A stretch of DNA of 64,000 nt. Origin: an uncultured Prevotellaceae bacterium. Its GTDB lineage: Bacteria > Bacteroidota > Bacteroidia > Bacteroidales > Bacteroidaceae. The stretch spans positions 45,956 to 109,955 of the forward strand of contig CACWLC010000008.1 of the NCBI GenBank assembly GCA_902761605.1. Reading direction: 5' to 3'. Both the position numbers and the translations under genes were made by a program. Positions 50,152 through 59,193 of the stretch are shown piece by piece. The notes below the pieces were generated by a model that was not told the DNA's origin, searched no databases, and was given only the letters and a program-made list of their open reading frames with translations. How positions within the stretch are numbered: the first letter of the stretch is position 1; the number at the start of each line of letters is the position of its first letter.

Positions 50152-50964
50152 TTATTCGTAGATCTCTATCTGCCCCACATGAGGCTTAAGTTTTGTGAGG
50201 TCTGGCAATTGCATGTAGTTGCCAAAAATATGGCGAAGATGTGCATCGGCATCATGAGGCACTGGCAACTGATGACCTTCAAAGGCATGCGTCGTTAATG
50301 GGAAAATCTCTTTTGCAAAACGGGGATTATGAAAGGGGATGCCCATAGCAGAAGTGAGAGGTAAGAGGGAAGAGGTGAGAGGTGAGAGAATACTTAGTAA
50401 ACCCCTGAAGAGAGGGAATAGGAAGCGGTTATTAAAATCGAAGATACGACGCACTTTACGGATGGCTTTTTTATCATCAGTACTCGTACGCCATACCTTA
50501 TACATGTGACCTACTGTCTTCTCCGTAAGTTTATGTAGCCAGATAGGGTGCTGTTCCATTGGGAAGATATCGATATAGATACCCTGTTCCTTCCACATCC
50601 TATCATAAGCATTCTGTTCCAGCAGTTTAGAACGCCGGTCACGAACTTTTGCATAGAAATAGAAGTAGTTTGGATCTGTCTCATCGTCCTGAAGAGCCAG
50701 CCAGTCTGGCAACTCATCAGGAAGTATCTTCATCAACCGCAAATAGTCCTTACGCATCATCTCTATGTCGAGATCGTCATCCCAAGGAATGAAACCGTCA
50801 TGTCGCATAGCCCCGATAAGTGTGCCGCTGCTTAGCCAGTAAGGTATATCGTACTTCTTACAGATACGATCAACCTCAAGGAGAATATCCAGCATCCTCA
50901 TTTGTTGGCGACGTAACAGAGAGCCGTCAGGATTATATCGTTGGCGAAGTGATTCTTGATTCAT
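50152..50964 (-). CDS. LicD family phosphotransferase
   Basis: GTLIGAMRHDGFIPWDDDLDI and YIDIFP motifs. Confidence 0.92.
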   Translation of the reverse strand: MNQESLRQRYNPDGSLLRRQQMRMLDILLEVDRICKKYDIPYWLSSGTLIGAMRHDGFIPWDDDLDIEMMRKDYLRLMKILPDELPDWLALQDDETDPNYFYFYAKVRDRRSKLLEQNAYDRMWKEQGIYIDIFPMEQHPIWLHKLTEKTVGHMYKVWRTSTDDKKAIRKVRRIFDFNNRFLFPLFRGLLSILSPLTSSLLPLTSAMGIPFHNPRFAKEIFPLTTHAFEGHQLPVPHDADAHLRHIFGNYMQLPDLTKLKPHVGQIEIYE

Positions 50965-51075
50965 CGGGTGCAAAGGTAATAAAAAATTTCAAAATTATTC
51001 ATCGGTGGCAGTAAATTATTCACTTTTTGCTCTTCACTTTTCACTTATTTTCGTACCTTTGCAAAAAATATTCTT

Positions 51076-52101
51076 ATGAAGTATCCCGCTAAGACAGATA
51101 TTGCCGTTTTATTGCTGTTCTTTACCCGTAGCGACACCTTCAGACAGGTGTTTGATGCTGTGCGCCAGGCAAGGCCTTCAAAGTTGCTGCTTTATCAAGA
51201 CGGTCCTCGTGGGGAGCGGGATATGGCAGATATCGAGTCCTGTCGGAAGATTGTCAGCGATGAAAACATCGACTGGGAGTGCGAGGTGCATCGTAACTAC
51301 CTTACGAAGAATCAAGGCTGCGACCCTTCTGGATTCCTTTCCCATAAATGGGCTTTTTCCATTGCCGACAAGGTTATCGTGCTCGAAGATGATGTCGTTC
51401 CAGCACAATCATTCTTTCCTTTCTGCAAAGAAATGCTCGACAGATACGAGAATGATGAAAGAATAAACATGATTGCAGGCTTTAACATCGACGAGGTCTC
51501 GCCCGATTGTAAGGACAGTTATTTCTTCACCACAGCCTTCAGCATCTGGGGATGGGCCTCATGGCGTAGGGTGGCGGAGCGATGGGACCCCACATATGGT
51601 TTTATTCGTGATCCCAAGGCAATGAAGAAGCTGGAGAATGTTGCCAAGGAAAGGAACCTGAGGAAAGACATGCTTCAGATGTTTCGTGACCATAGTCAGA
51701 GCGGCAAGGAATATTTCGAGACCATCTACTGGAGTGATATGCTGCTTCATGACTCTCTTGCTATTATGCCTGTCAAAAACCAGATAAACAATATAGGTCT
51801 TATGGCCGACTCCACCCATTTCTCTGCAGAGCTTAAGACCACTCCGCATCGCATAAGGAAGATGTTCACTATGGGACGCCATGAGTTAGAATTCCCCCTG
51901 AAGCATCCATCCTGCATCGAAGAAAACCGCGATTATCTCGAAAGGCTATATATCGTCAATGCCTGGAACCATCCTTGGATTAAGGTCCAGAACTCTATTG
52001 AAGAACTCTTGCTGAACCTTCGCTACGGCAACTTCCGTCAGATATTCAAATCACTTACCAGACGCATCAAGAAGTGGCTCGGCACAGATAAACACATTTA
52101 A
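51076..52101 (+). CDS. GT-A fold glycosyltransferase-like protein
   Basis: YQDGPR, NQGC, VLEDD and IWGWASWRR motifs. Confidence 0.8.
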   Translation: MKYPAKTDIAVLLLFFTRSDTFRQVFDAVRQARPSKLLLYQDGPRGERDMADIESCRKIVSDENIDWECEVHRNYLTKNQGCDPSGFLSHKWAFSIADKVIVLEDDVVPAQSFFPFCKEMLDRYENDERINMIAGFNIDEVSPDCKDSYFFTTAFSIWGWASWRRVAERWDPTYGFIRDPKAMKKLENVAKERNLRKDMLQMFRDHSQSGKEYFETIYWSDMLLHDSLAIMPVKNQINNIGLMADSTHFSAELKTTPHRIRKMFTMGRHELEFPLKHPSCIEENRDYLERLYIVNAWNHPWIKVQNSIEELLLNLRYGNFRQIFKSLTRRIKKWLGTDKHI

Positions 52102-53501
52102 ACAACAGCTTTTATTGGTGTAAGCAAGAAGTCGATCAACAGATATCCATTATATATAAATAGGTATAGCATTATCAGGGCGATACCTATTCGAAGCCAT
52201 CTTGTATGAAACTCCTTTAACAGATATGCTGTAGCAATCGGGAGCACAAACATAAAATGTGGAGCCATGATAAACACCTCGTTGATGCCGAAGCCAAGTA
52301 ATACATGGATGAACAAGTCGACGGCAAAACAAGAGAGGCACATCCAAAGAAAACGACTCTTCCTACCAAACCAGATGCCAATGGCAAACAACAGCATCAT
52401 CACTGCCTCAATGACATAGCTCAGATACCATCGATAAGGTACGAATACTGGGCGATGAACCAATGTGTCTTCGAGGAAATAATCCTGATGAAACTGTATA
52501 GACTCGCCAAAGAGATTCTCGTAGGTTGATTGCCAGCGAGAGGTGCTTATATCAGTCCACTTAAGGAATCCGTAATTCTCCATCGGAGTACCTGTCTTTG
52601 CAGCCTGACGACGAAGGACAACAGCACGACGAGCCTTCTTCTCTTCAAATTTCTCTCTTTGTTCAGGAGTCATCTGAGCCACCTGCTCTTTCAGCTCCCT
52701 AGCCTTACGTTCCTTCAGTTCGGCACGTGCCTTCTCTTTTGGCAACACAAACTTTCGATACTCCCATGTGGCAGTAGCCCAAAGCAAAGCCGCTGGAAGA
52801 ATAACGGCCAGTAGCAGATATTTCGGGCGGAAGAAGTCCTTGAGATTCACAAAAAAGCCAGAAAGGAAAACCTTAATTCCATTGCTCAATGTCACTCCTG
52901 CAGTAATATAGAAGAATATAGCAGACTGCCACCATCGGAACTCCCTACTCTTCTTGATACAAACACCAGAGATATATAGTGTGATAAGCAATAGGAACAT
53001 TGATATCGTAAAGTGATCTGGTACAATAAACGACAGCAGTATATATGCGAAAGAAAAATGATATGCCGTAAGCAATGTGGCATCCAACTGTCTCAACTCA
53101 ATAACCTCACGATGAATGCGATAGAGGAAGATATAGGAATAGTAGGAACAGAATATCAGAGGAAGAGCCACCAGATACTGTACACAATTGACTCCAAAGA
53201 GAGTCGTCAAACCTTCGTTTATCTGATTAAGGGGCCATATCATAAACGACAATAGCGGATGACGATAAACCTGATACACCACATCCCAGTCTGTCACTCC
53301 AAGATAAGTTAAAGGATCGTAGCCCGACAGGTGTAGCTCTCTTTCGAATGCTTTCCAATATGGTCCAAAGCCTGGCTGCATGAAAAGCCTGTGCATACGC
53401 CATATAAACAAGGCATTGAGGGCTACGATGACAGTTAATGCTATTGTCGACTGCAACCTTTCTTCTGGTTTAATCCTGAAAATCTTCAGTGGTGATTTCA
53501 T
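52098..53501 (-). CDS. DUF6080-like membrane protein
   Basis: Multi-TM; LSGYDP, RHPLL and PDHF motifs. Confidence 0.65.
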   Translation of the reverse strand: MKSPLKIFRIKPEERLQSTIALTVIVALNALFIWRMHRLFMQPGFGPYWKAFERELHLSGYDPLTYLGVTDWDVVYQVYRHPLLSFMIWPLNQINEGLTTLFGVNCVQYLVALPLIFCSYYSYIFLYRIHREVIELRQLDATLLTAYHFSFAYILLSFIVPDHFTISMFLLLITLYISGVCIKKSREFRWWQSAIFFYITAGVTLSNGIKVFLSGFFVNLKDFFRPKYLLLAVILPAALLWATATWEYRKFVLPKEKARAELKERKARELKEQVAQMTPEQREKFEEKKARRAVVLRRQAAKTGTPMENYGFLKWTDISTSRWQSTYENLFGESIQFHQDYFLEDTLVHRPVFVPYRWYLSYVIEAVMMLLFAIGIWFGRKSRFLWMCLSCFAVDLFIHVLLGFGINEVFIMAPHFMFVLPIATAYLLKEFHTRWLRIGIALIMLYLFIYNGYLLIDFLLTPIKAVV

Positions 53502-54082
53502 ACTCTGAATGGTTTATAATATGACTCATCGGCAAAAGCCAGCATCTCCTTGTCGCCTCTGCTATCACCAAAGGCAGTTAGGTGGTAATCCTGACGATTG
53601 GGATAGATGGCTTTCAGACGATTAACTTTTTCCTCCCCATAACAGTTCTTGGTTAAGAAGCGACCTGTAAGTTTGCCATCAGTCACTTCTATCTGGGTGC
53701 CTAATACCTTTACATTAGCAAAAAATGGTTGTACCCAGTTATCGATAGAGGCACTTATTATTAGCACTTCTGATCTTTCATTCAGAGCTTTCTCGATTGC
53801 CTCGATACCTTTTGGTCTAAGCAGATGGCGCGATGAGGCTGCAAAGGCCTGGCAGAGGGCATCGAAATCGCTCAAAGGCATTCCTTTAAAGAAATGTGCA
53901 AACACCCTCTGCTTGGCTTTCCAATTTGGATAGAATCCTAACTTCATCAGCACCAATAGATGGGCATATCGCAGGAATCCAAGGCCAAAAGCAAGTGTGC
54001 CTTTTGCAAAACGGATAAACTCCAGCAAAGTATCTTTGGTGGTAAGCGTTCCGTCGAAGTCGAATGCGTATACCTTTCTCAT
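53498..54082 (-). CDS. HAD-IB family hydrolase
   Basis: FDFDGTLT, ISAS, NCYGEEK and GDSRGD motifs; start MRKVY at 54082. Confidence 0.9.
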   Translation of the reverse strand: MRKVYAFDFDGTLTTKDTLLEFIRFAKGTLAFGLGFLRYAHLLVLMKLGFYPNWKAKQRVFAHFFKGMPLSDFDALCQAFAASSRHLLRPKGIEAIEKALNERSEVLIISASIDNWVQPFFANVKVLGTQIEVTDGKLTGRFLTKNCYGEEKVNRLKAIYPNRQDYHLTAFGDSRGDKEMLAFADESYYKPFRV

Positions 54083-55062
54083 ACCCTGACAACCAGTTTT
54101 AGTGCTTTCTGTAACATCCAGGCCAGCGGAATGGTTATCACTATAGTAAGCAAAGCCGTAGGCCAATAGCCAAGATGATAAGGCGTGATGTAAGTCATTA
54201 CAAAGTGATCGTGTATCAAATAGGCCTCCAGACTCAGGGCTCCAAAGAAAGCGCAGAAGCGATTGAACCACTTAGGCGTTCTGCGGAACACACGATTAAG
54301 CATCAAAATGAGCGTAATGGTAAAGGGAATGTATATCATTCGCTCTACAAACAACGGGAATCGTCCATGAGTAACCTGCTCCAGATAGAAGCAAGAACTG
54401 AAGGTGGCTAGGAAGAGAATCAGCACCATCCAGATACCAGTACCATCTATCTTTGCCTCTCGCCTTACAAGTTCGCCACAGTTGATGCCTATAAAGAAGA
54501 TTGGTATGCGACTCCAGAATATCTCGATATGTCCCACTGCTTGATGCAAAGGCAGAATCCATTGCACCCAAATGCACCAAAGAATCATTATTACAGGCAA
54601 CCATCGATAAATGGGGTGTTTCTGAATCAACTTCATATAAGGTGGCGCCCAGAGGTAGAGCATCATGATGGCAGGGATATACCAGAAGGTAAGCTCATCG
54701 TGAAGCCAGAAGTCCCAGTTGATAGTGATATCTCCAATAAGGTCGATATAATCGCCATGAGCCCAATCGAAACGCGGCATATAGTAGAGCGAAGCCATAA
54801 TCAACCAAGCGGGATAGATGCGAAGAAGGCGACGTTTGTAGAACTTCCATACATCAGGATTCTTAACCCACGAGAACCAAAGACCTATGCCACTAAGAAA
54901 AAGGAACATGTCGACCCCAACATTACCACAGCGCCTCAATCCGAAGAACTCATCGCTGCGAGCCAAAGGCGCATGGAAGAGAATGATGAAAAGCATGGCT
55001 GCTCCCATCAACTCGCCACGAAAACGGCTCACGTTGGCCAGTTCTATATCCTTAATCTTCAT
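54079..55062 (-). CDS. Acyltransferase 3 family protein
   Basis: GVDMFLFLSG, RRLLRIYP and FWYI motifs. Confidence 0.88.
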   Translation of the reverse strand: MKIKDIELANVSRFRGELMGAAMLFIILFHAPLARSDEFFGLRRCGNVGVDMFLFLSGIGLWFSWVKNPDVWKFYKRRLLRIYPAWLIMASLYYMPRFDWAHGDYIDLIGDITINWDFWLHDELTFWYIPAIMMLYLWAPPYMKLIQKHPIYRWLPVIMILWCIWVQWILPLHQAVGHIEIFWSRIPIFFIGINCGELVRREAKIDGTGIWMVLILFLATFSSCFYLEQVTHGRFPLFVERMIYIPFTITLILMLNRVFRRTPKWFNRFCAFFGALSLEAYLIHDHFVMTYITPYHLGYWPTALLTIVITIPLAWMLQKALKLVVRV

Positions 55063-56162
55063 AGTTGGGGTTTGGGAATGCGGTCTATTATCTGCTTAAC
55101 AGCCCACGATATGGCTATCACGGCGATGACGTAAAGCATCAATCCATCATAGATGTCTTGTTTCCAAGCCACAGTAATAAAGAGTTTGCGTGCTATAGGA
55201 TGGGCCACAAACATCGCTGCAGAAATTGATCCTATCCACACAAAGACATCGAGCAGCCACTTTGGCATCACACGAACCATCGCAATGGTGCCGATGATGA
55301 TAAATACAGGAATCCATAGCCAGCTCTGATAGCTGAAACACATTGCAACAACCAAAGCCGAAGCGATCGGCAATATCACGATATATTCCCAGCGTGGGCG
55401 CTCGGCTTTGCCGCTTCGCTTGTCGAAGAACACTTTATTCCCAACCTGGGAAGAAAATATTCCCACGCTGGGAATTCTTGCGAACATTATACCTAACCCG
55501 AAGGGAAGCATACCCCCGATGAAGTTATATCGCAATCTATTTAACGTCTCCCCATCTGGGTCGCAGAAAACCTGCAATAGCCAACATACAGTTATCAGCG
55601 CAATAACAATCCACGAACTCCTCCGATATATCAACAGGCGATAAACGATATACAACTCCATCATCAGGCCGAAGAACCAATATATTCCTGGCCAGATTAT
55701 CCTATCAGGCTCTGGCAACACATTGATATACATCAGCAGCTGCGCCAACACATTATCCCAATGGAAGGGGAAACGCCCTGGAGTCACCATATCGACACAA
55801 ATAAATAGCGAGAACCCCACAATCAGCATCCTCAACAATTTCAGATAACAATATCGCACAAACCTCACAGGGGGACAGGCACTCTGTGAGCTTTCCTCAT
55901 ACTTAATTACGAGGCCGTATCCGCTGAGAAAGAGGAATACAGGTACACCATAATGTCCGAAATACGAAAGAAGATGTACAGGCAACAGATAATCCGGATG
56001 AGTAAGTATCTGCCATAACCTGTCGTTGTTTGATGTAAAGAACTGGTATTCATTCTCCTTAACAATCTTGCCAATAAAATGACAGTAGTTATGAAGCATG
56101 ATGGCGAGAATAGCAATACCTCTCATCGCAGTACATTCGTTTCGTGTAAGCAGTTCCTTCAT
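55059..56162 (-). CDS. Acyltransferase 3 family protein carrying three in-frame repeat insertions
   Basis: MRGIAIL..MLH, GVPVFLFLSGYG and YWF motifs. Confidence 0.88.
   Translation of the reverse strand: MKELLTRNECTAMRGIAILAIMLHNYCHFIGKIVKENEYQFFTSNNDRLWQILTHPDYLLPVHLLSYFGHYGVPVFLFLSGYGLVIKYEESSQSACPPVRFVRYCYLKLLRMLIVGFSLFICVDMVTPGRFPFHWDNVLAQLLMYINVLPEPDRIIWPGIYWFFGLMMELYIVYRLLIYRRSSWIVIALITVCWLLQVFCDPDGETLNRLRYNFIGGMLPFGLGIMFARIPSVGIFSSQVGNKVFFDKRSGKAERPRWEYIVILPIASALVVAMCFSYQSWLWIPVFIIIGTIAMVRVMPKWLLDVFVWIGSISAAMFVAHPIARKLFITVAWKQDIYDGLMLYVIAVIAISWAVKQIIDRIPKPQL
55385..55475. repeat. 22-bp-period TTCCCA..TGGGAA array (family C)
   Basis: ATTCCCAGCGTGG[insert]GAACACTTT / ATTCCCAACCTGGGAAGAAAAT / ATTCCCACGCTGGGAAT. 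Confidence 0.8.
55398..55427 (-). mobile_element. 30-bp in-frame micro-insertion (family A), copy 2
   Basis: TTCGACAAGCGAAGCGGCAAAGCCGAGCGC; removal restores the 22-bp period of array C. Confidence 0.7.
55862..55890. repeat. REP-like family B copy
   Basis: ACCTCACAGGGGGACAGGCACTCTGTGAG, 28/29 to 11918-11946. Confidence 0.75.
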
Positions 56163-58006
56163 TTCTTGAGCGAGTTATAGTCCGTTACGTTCTTAAGGAT
56201 TCTAGGACGTTTCACGTCATACTCTGGAGAGATAACATTAAGTTCCGGACGATACAGAGACGATGATATTCCTCCAAGATACATCAGGAAATGCGGGAGG
56301 GCATCAGTCATCATGGGACGGTTCTTTGCGTTCTGGATAGCCATCCATCCATAAGGATGATTTTCACGATACAGAGGTGAGCCCCACACCCAGAAAGGTA
56401 TCTCCATCTCGTTGCGGGCAAGGCGATAATCGATGTTCGCACCATGCATACGACCATACATATATGGGCTGCCGTCAAAGATTTCCTCACCGTGATCGGG
56501 CACATAAATCACTACGGCATCTTTATCTGCAAACCTCTGTGTTATGGCAGCAACAATAGAGTCATTATAAAGCAGAGAATTATCGTAGTGCGCAAGTATC
56601 TGTCGCTGTTTGTCAGTAAGTTCAGGACGATTATACATCGACGGCTTAAACACCGTATTGGTGTTCTGAGGATAACGAGCCCGATAGTCAACATGCGATC
56701 CCATAAGATGCAGGATCACCAGGTTACCTTTCGCCAAAGCAAGAGTATCCTCCTTCTTCTTCAAATTATCATACTCCTTCAGCACTCCGTCATCAAACCT
56801 ATGAGTACGAGTGCTTCGTTGATCGAACTGCCTCTGGCTCAATTCCGGGTCATTAAGGAAGAACCCGCCACTGAAGTCATATACAGCTTCTTTCGCCTTA
56901 GGTTCAAACTGGTTGGTGACAAAGGTAACATGATAGCCAGCCTTACGGAACACCTCTGGGAAGAGCGGTTTGTCGCACCACTCACCAGAATCGCCTACGG
57001 TATATAAAGAAAGCATGTGCTTAAACACGAAACTTGTAAGATTCCACGACGATACCACATCAGTAAACTTCACCAGACTACCCTCTGCCTCTAAAGCCAT
57101 TTGTCTGGGAGTAGTAGGTTTCTGATATCCGTATAACTGCGAATGGTGCTTGTTATAACTCTCTCCTATAACAACCACGATATTTGGCACTCGATAACTG
57201 CAACTGTCAACGACAATCTTATCGCTGGCAGCCTTCAACTGATCTATCTGAGTGTCGGCAAGTCCATTGGCATATAGTCCGAAAGCCAAACGATAAACAG
57301 GGATATAGAGCTTGGCACAATCCTTCTTTGTCATCTCATGTTCTACCTGTCCGATGGTATCATAAGAGAAGAGCCGTTTTATCGCCAACTTGTTATCCCA
57401 TGTCTGAGATACGGCGCTATAGAGACACCAACCCACCAATAATCCCATAATCACCTTCGGAATCATCAGCAAACTTTCGTTTACTTTTGGCAGAATTATC
57501 CGTTTTGTTATTCTCGTGCCAAAGTAACGTATTATCGTCCATAGGAAATGACCTCCGATGAGCAACAATATCCATCCCACACCATCCTTCAAACTGTCCC
57601 AATTCAGATAGCCTGACAGGAACTCAGAAGCCTCCTGCCCAGTTGTCTCCATTGCCAGCATAAGCATCGTTGGGGTGAGTGTCGACTCAAAACGTTCGTA
57701 ACAGAACATATCCACGAGGGCTAGTCCATAGAAGAACACATATAATATAGCTTTCACCCAGATGCGAATCTTATTGGGGATAAGCATCAGAAGACAACAT
57801 ACAGCATAGATATCAAGGAAAAGCTCTGGTGCTGATAACTCATAAGGCTCAGCACCTCTATTCCTAAGGTAATAAGGCATTATCTCATGTTGGGTGCATA
57901 TCCATCCGAGCGCAAACATAAACACAAAGAATGCGCCATTCTTTTGGATAGGACTAAACAGCCACCCTATCCACTTCAAAGGATTTATCTTACGTCTCTT
58001 TCGCAT
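56159..58006 (-). CDS. Phosphoethanolamine transferase (EptA-like sulfatase family)
   Basis: N-terminal TMs; VVVIGES, HLMGSH, YDNS and DHGE motifs. Confidence 0.9.
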   Translation of the reverse strand: MRKRRKINPLKWIGWLFSPIQKNGAFFVFMFALGWICTQHEIMPYYLRNRGAEPYELSAPELFLDIYAVCCLLMLIPNKIRIWVKAILYVFFYGLALVDMFCYERFESTLTPTMLMLAMETTGQEASEFLSGYLNWDSLKDGVGWILLLIGGHFLWTIIRYFGTRITKRIILPKVNESLLMIPKVIMGLLVGWCLYSAVSQTWDNKLAIKRLFSYDTIGQVEHEMTKKDCAKLYIPVYRLAFGLYANGLADTQIDQLKAASDKIVVDSCSYRVPNIVVVIGESYNKHHSQLYGYQKPTTPRQMALEAEGSLVKFTDVVSSWNLTSFVFKHMLSLYTVGDSGEWCDKPLFPEVFRKAGYHVTFVTNQFEPKAKEAVYDFSGGFFLNDPELSQRQFDQRSTRTHRFDDGVLKEYDNLKKKEDTLALAKGNLVILHLMGSHVDYRARYPQNTNTVFKPSMYNRPELTDKQRQILAHYDNSLLYNDSIVAAITQRFADKDAVVIYVPDHGEEIFDGSPYMYGRMHGANIDYRLARNEMEIPFWVWGSPLYRENHPYGWMAIQNAKNRPMMTDALPHFLMYLGGISSSLYRPELNVISPEYDVKRPRILKNVTDYNSLKK

Positions 58007-58571
58007 ACAGTCCTTTTTCCTTTATAAAGTCGGCCACAGCCTTTGGTACCATCCTACGGATACCCTTGCCCGACTTTATTCTTTCCCTTATCTCTGTGCT
58101 ACTGATGTCAAGCAGCTCAGCCTCGACAATCTGAGCAGAGAGAGTTTCTCCAAAACTCCTTATACTATCTCTTCTGGGATAGACAACAATACAATAGTTC
58201 TTTAGTATGTCATCATAGTGATACCATTTATCGAAAAGCGCCCAGTTATCACCCCCCATCAGAAGCACAAACTCACGTTCAGGATAGTCTTTCGAAAGAC
58301 TCTGAAGAGTATTCCAAGTATATGACGGCTTTGGCAGATGCATCTCATAGTCGCTGGCGATGATTCCCTCCCGACCTTCAACAGCGAGACGAGCCATCTC
58401 CATCCTCAGATTATCATCAAGCAGATCAGATGACTTCTTCAAGGGATTCTGGGGCGACACCATTAGCCACACCTCATCGAGCCCGGCTTTCTCTCTTAGT
58501 TGCCGTGCCAACGAGACATGTCCGTTATGGATTGGATTAAACGATCCCCCAAAGATCCCAGTACGAATCAC
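57990..58571 (-). CDS. nadD: Nicotinate-nucleotide adenylyltransferase
   Basis: FGGSFNPIHNGH and ISSTEIR motifs. Confidence 0.95.
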   Translation of the reverse strand: MIRTGIFGGSFNPIHNGHVSLARQLREKAGLDEVWLMVSPQNPLKKSSDLLDDNLRMEMARLAVEGREGIIASDYEMHLPKPSYTWNTLQSLSKDYPEREFVLLMGGDNWALFDKWYHYDDILKNYCIVVYPRRDSIRSFGETLSAQIVEAELLDISSTEIRERIKSGKGIRRMVPKAVADFIKEKGLYAKET

Positions 58572-58584
58572 GATAGAAGAAGAT

Positions 58585-59172
58585 TTACTTGTCTAAGAGG
58601 AACTCATTAACAAGTGCCAAAGCATCTGCTTCGGCCTGTTCCAGGTTATCATTAACCACTATCTTGTCAAACTTATCCGCAAAGGTCAGTTCAAACTCCG
58701 CTCTTGCGATACGTTGGTCGATAACCTCTGGTGCATCAGTACCACGCCCCTCCAGACGTTTACGTAGTTCTACTATCGAAGGAGGCTGGATAAAGAGACT
58801 CATTGCCTCATCACCATAATACTTCTTGATATTCACACCACCCTTGACATCGACATCGAACACCACGTTCTGTCCTGCTTCCAACTGACGCTCCACCTGA
58901 GACTTCAGAGTACCGTAGAAACGGCCTTCATAAACCTCTTCGTACTCCAAGAACTCATCATTGTCTATCCTCTGGCGGAACTCCTCTGGGGTCAGGAAGA
59001 AATACTCAACTCCGTCCTGTTCCGTTCCTCTTGGTGCTCTCGACGTACAGGAGATAGAAAAAGCCAGGTTCAACTCCGGATGCTCTTTCATCAGCCATCC
59101 TATAATCGTAGACTTTCCCGTTCCTGACGGTGCTGAAATTATTATAAGCTTCCCCCTCATCACGTTTATCAT
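58585..59172 (-). CDS. gmk: Guanylate kinase
   Basis: SAPSGTGKS, TSRAPR and YGT motifs; start may be 59160. Confidence 0.96.
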   Translation of the reverse strand: MINVMRGKLIIISAPSGTGKSTIIGWLMKEHPELNLAFSISCTSRAPRGTEQDGVEYFFLTPEEFRQRIDNDEFLEYEEVYEGRFYGTLKSQVERQLEAGQNVVFDVDVKGGVNIKKYYGDEAMSLFIQPPSIVELRKRLEGRGTDAPEVIDQRIARAEFELTFADKFDKIVVNDNLEQAEADALALVNEFLLDK

Positions 59173-59193
59173 TTATTCTTTATCACTTATCAT

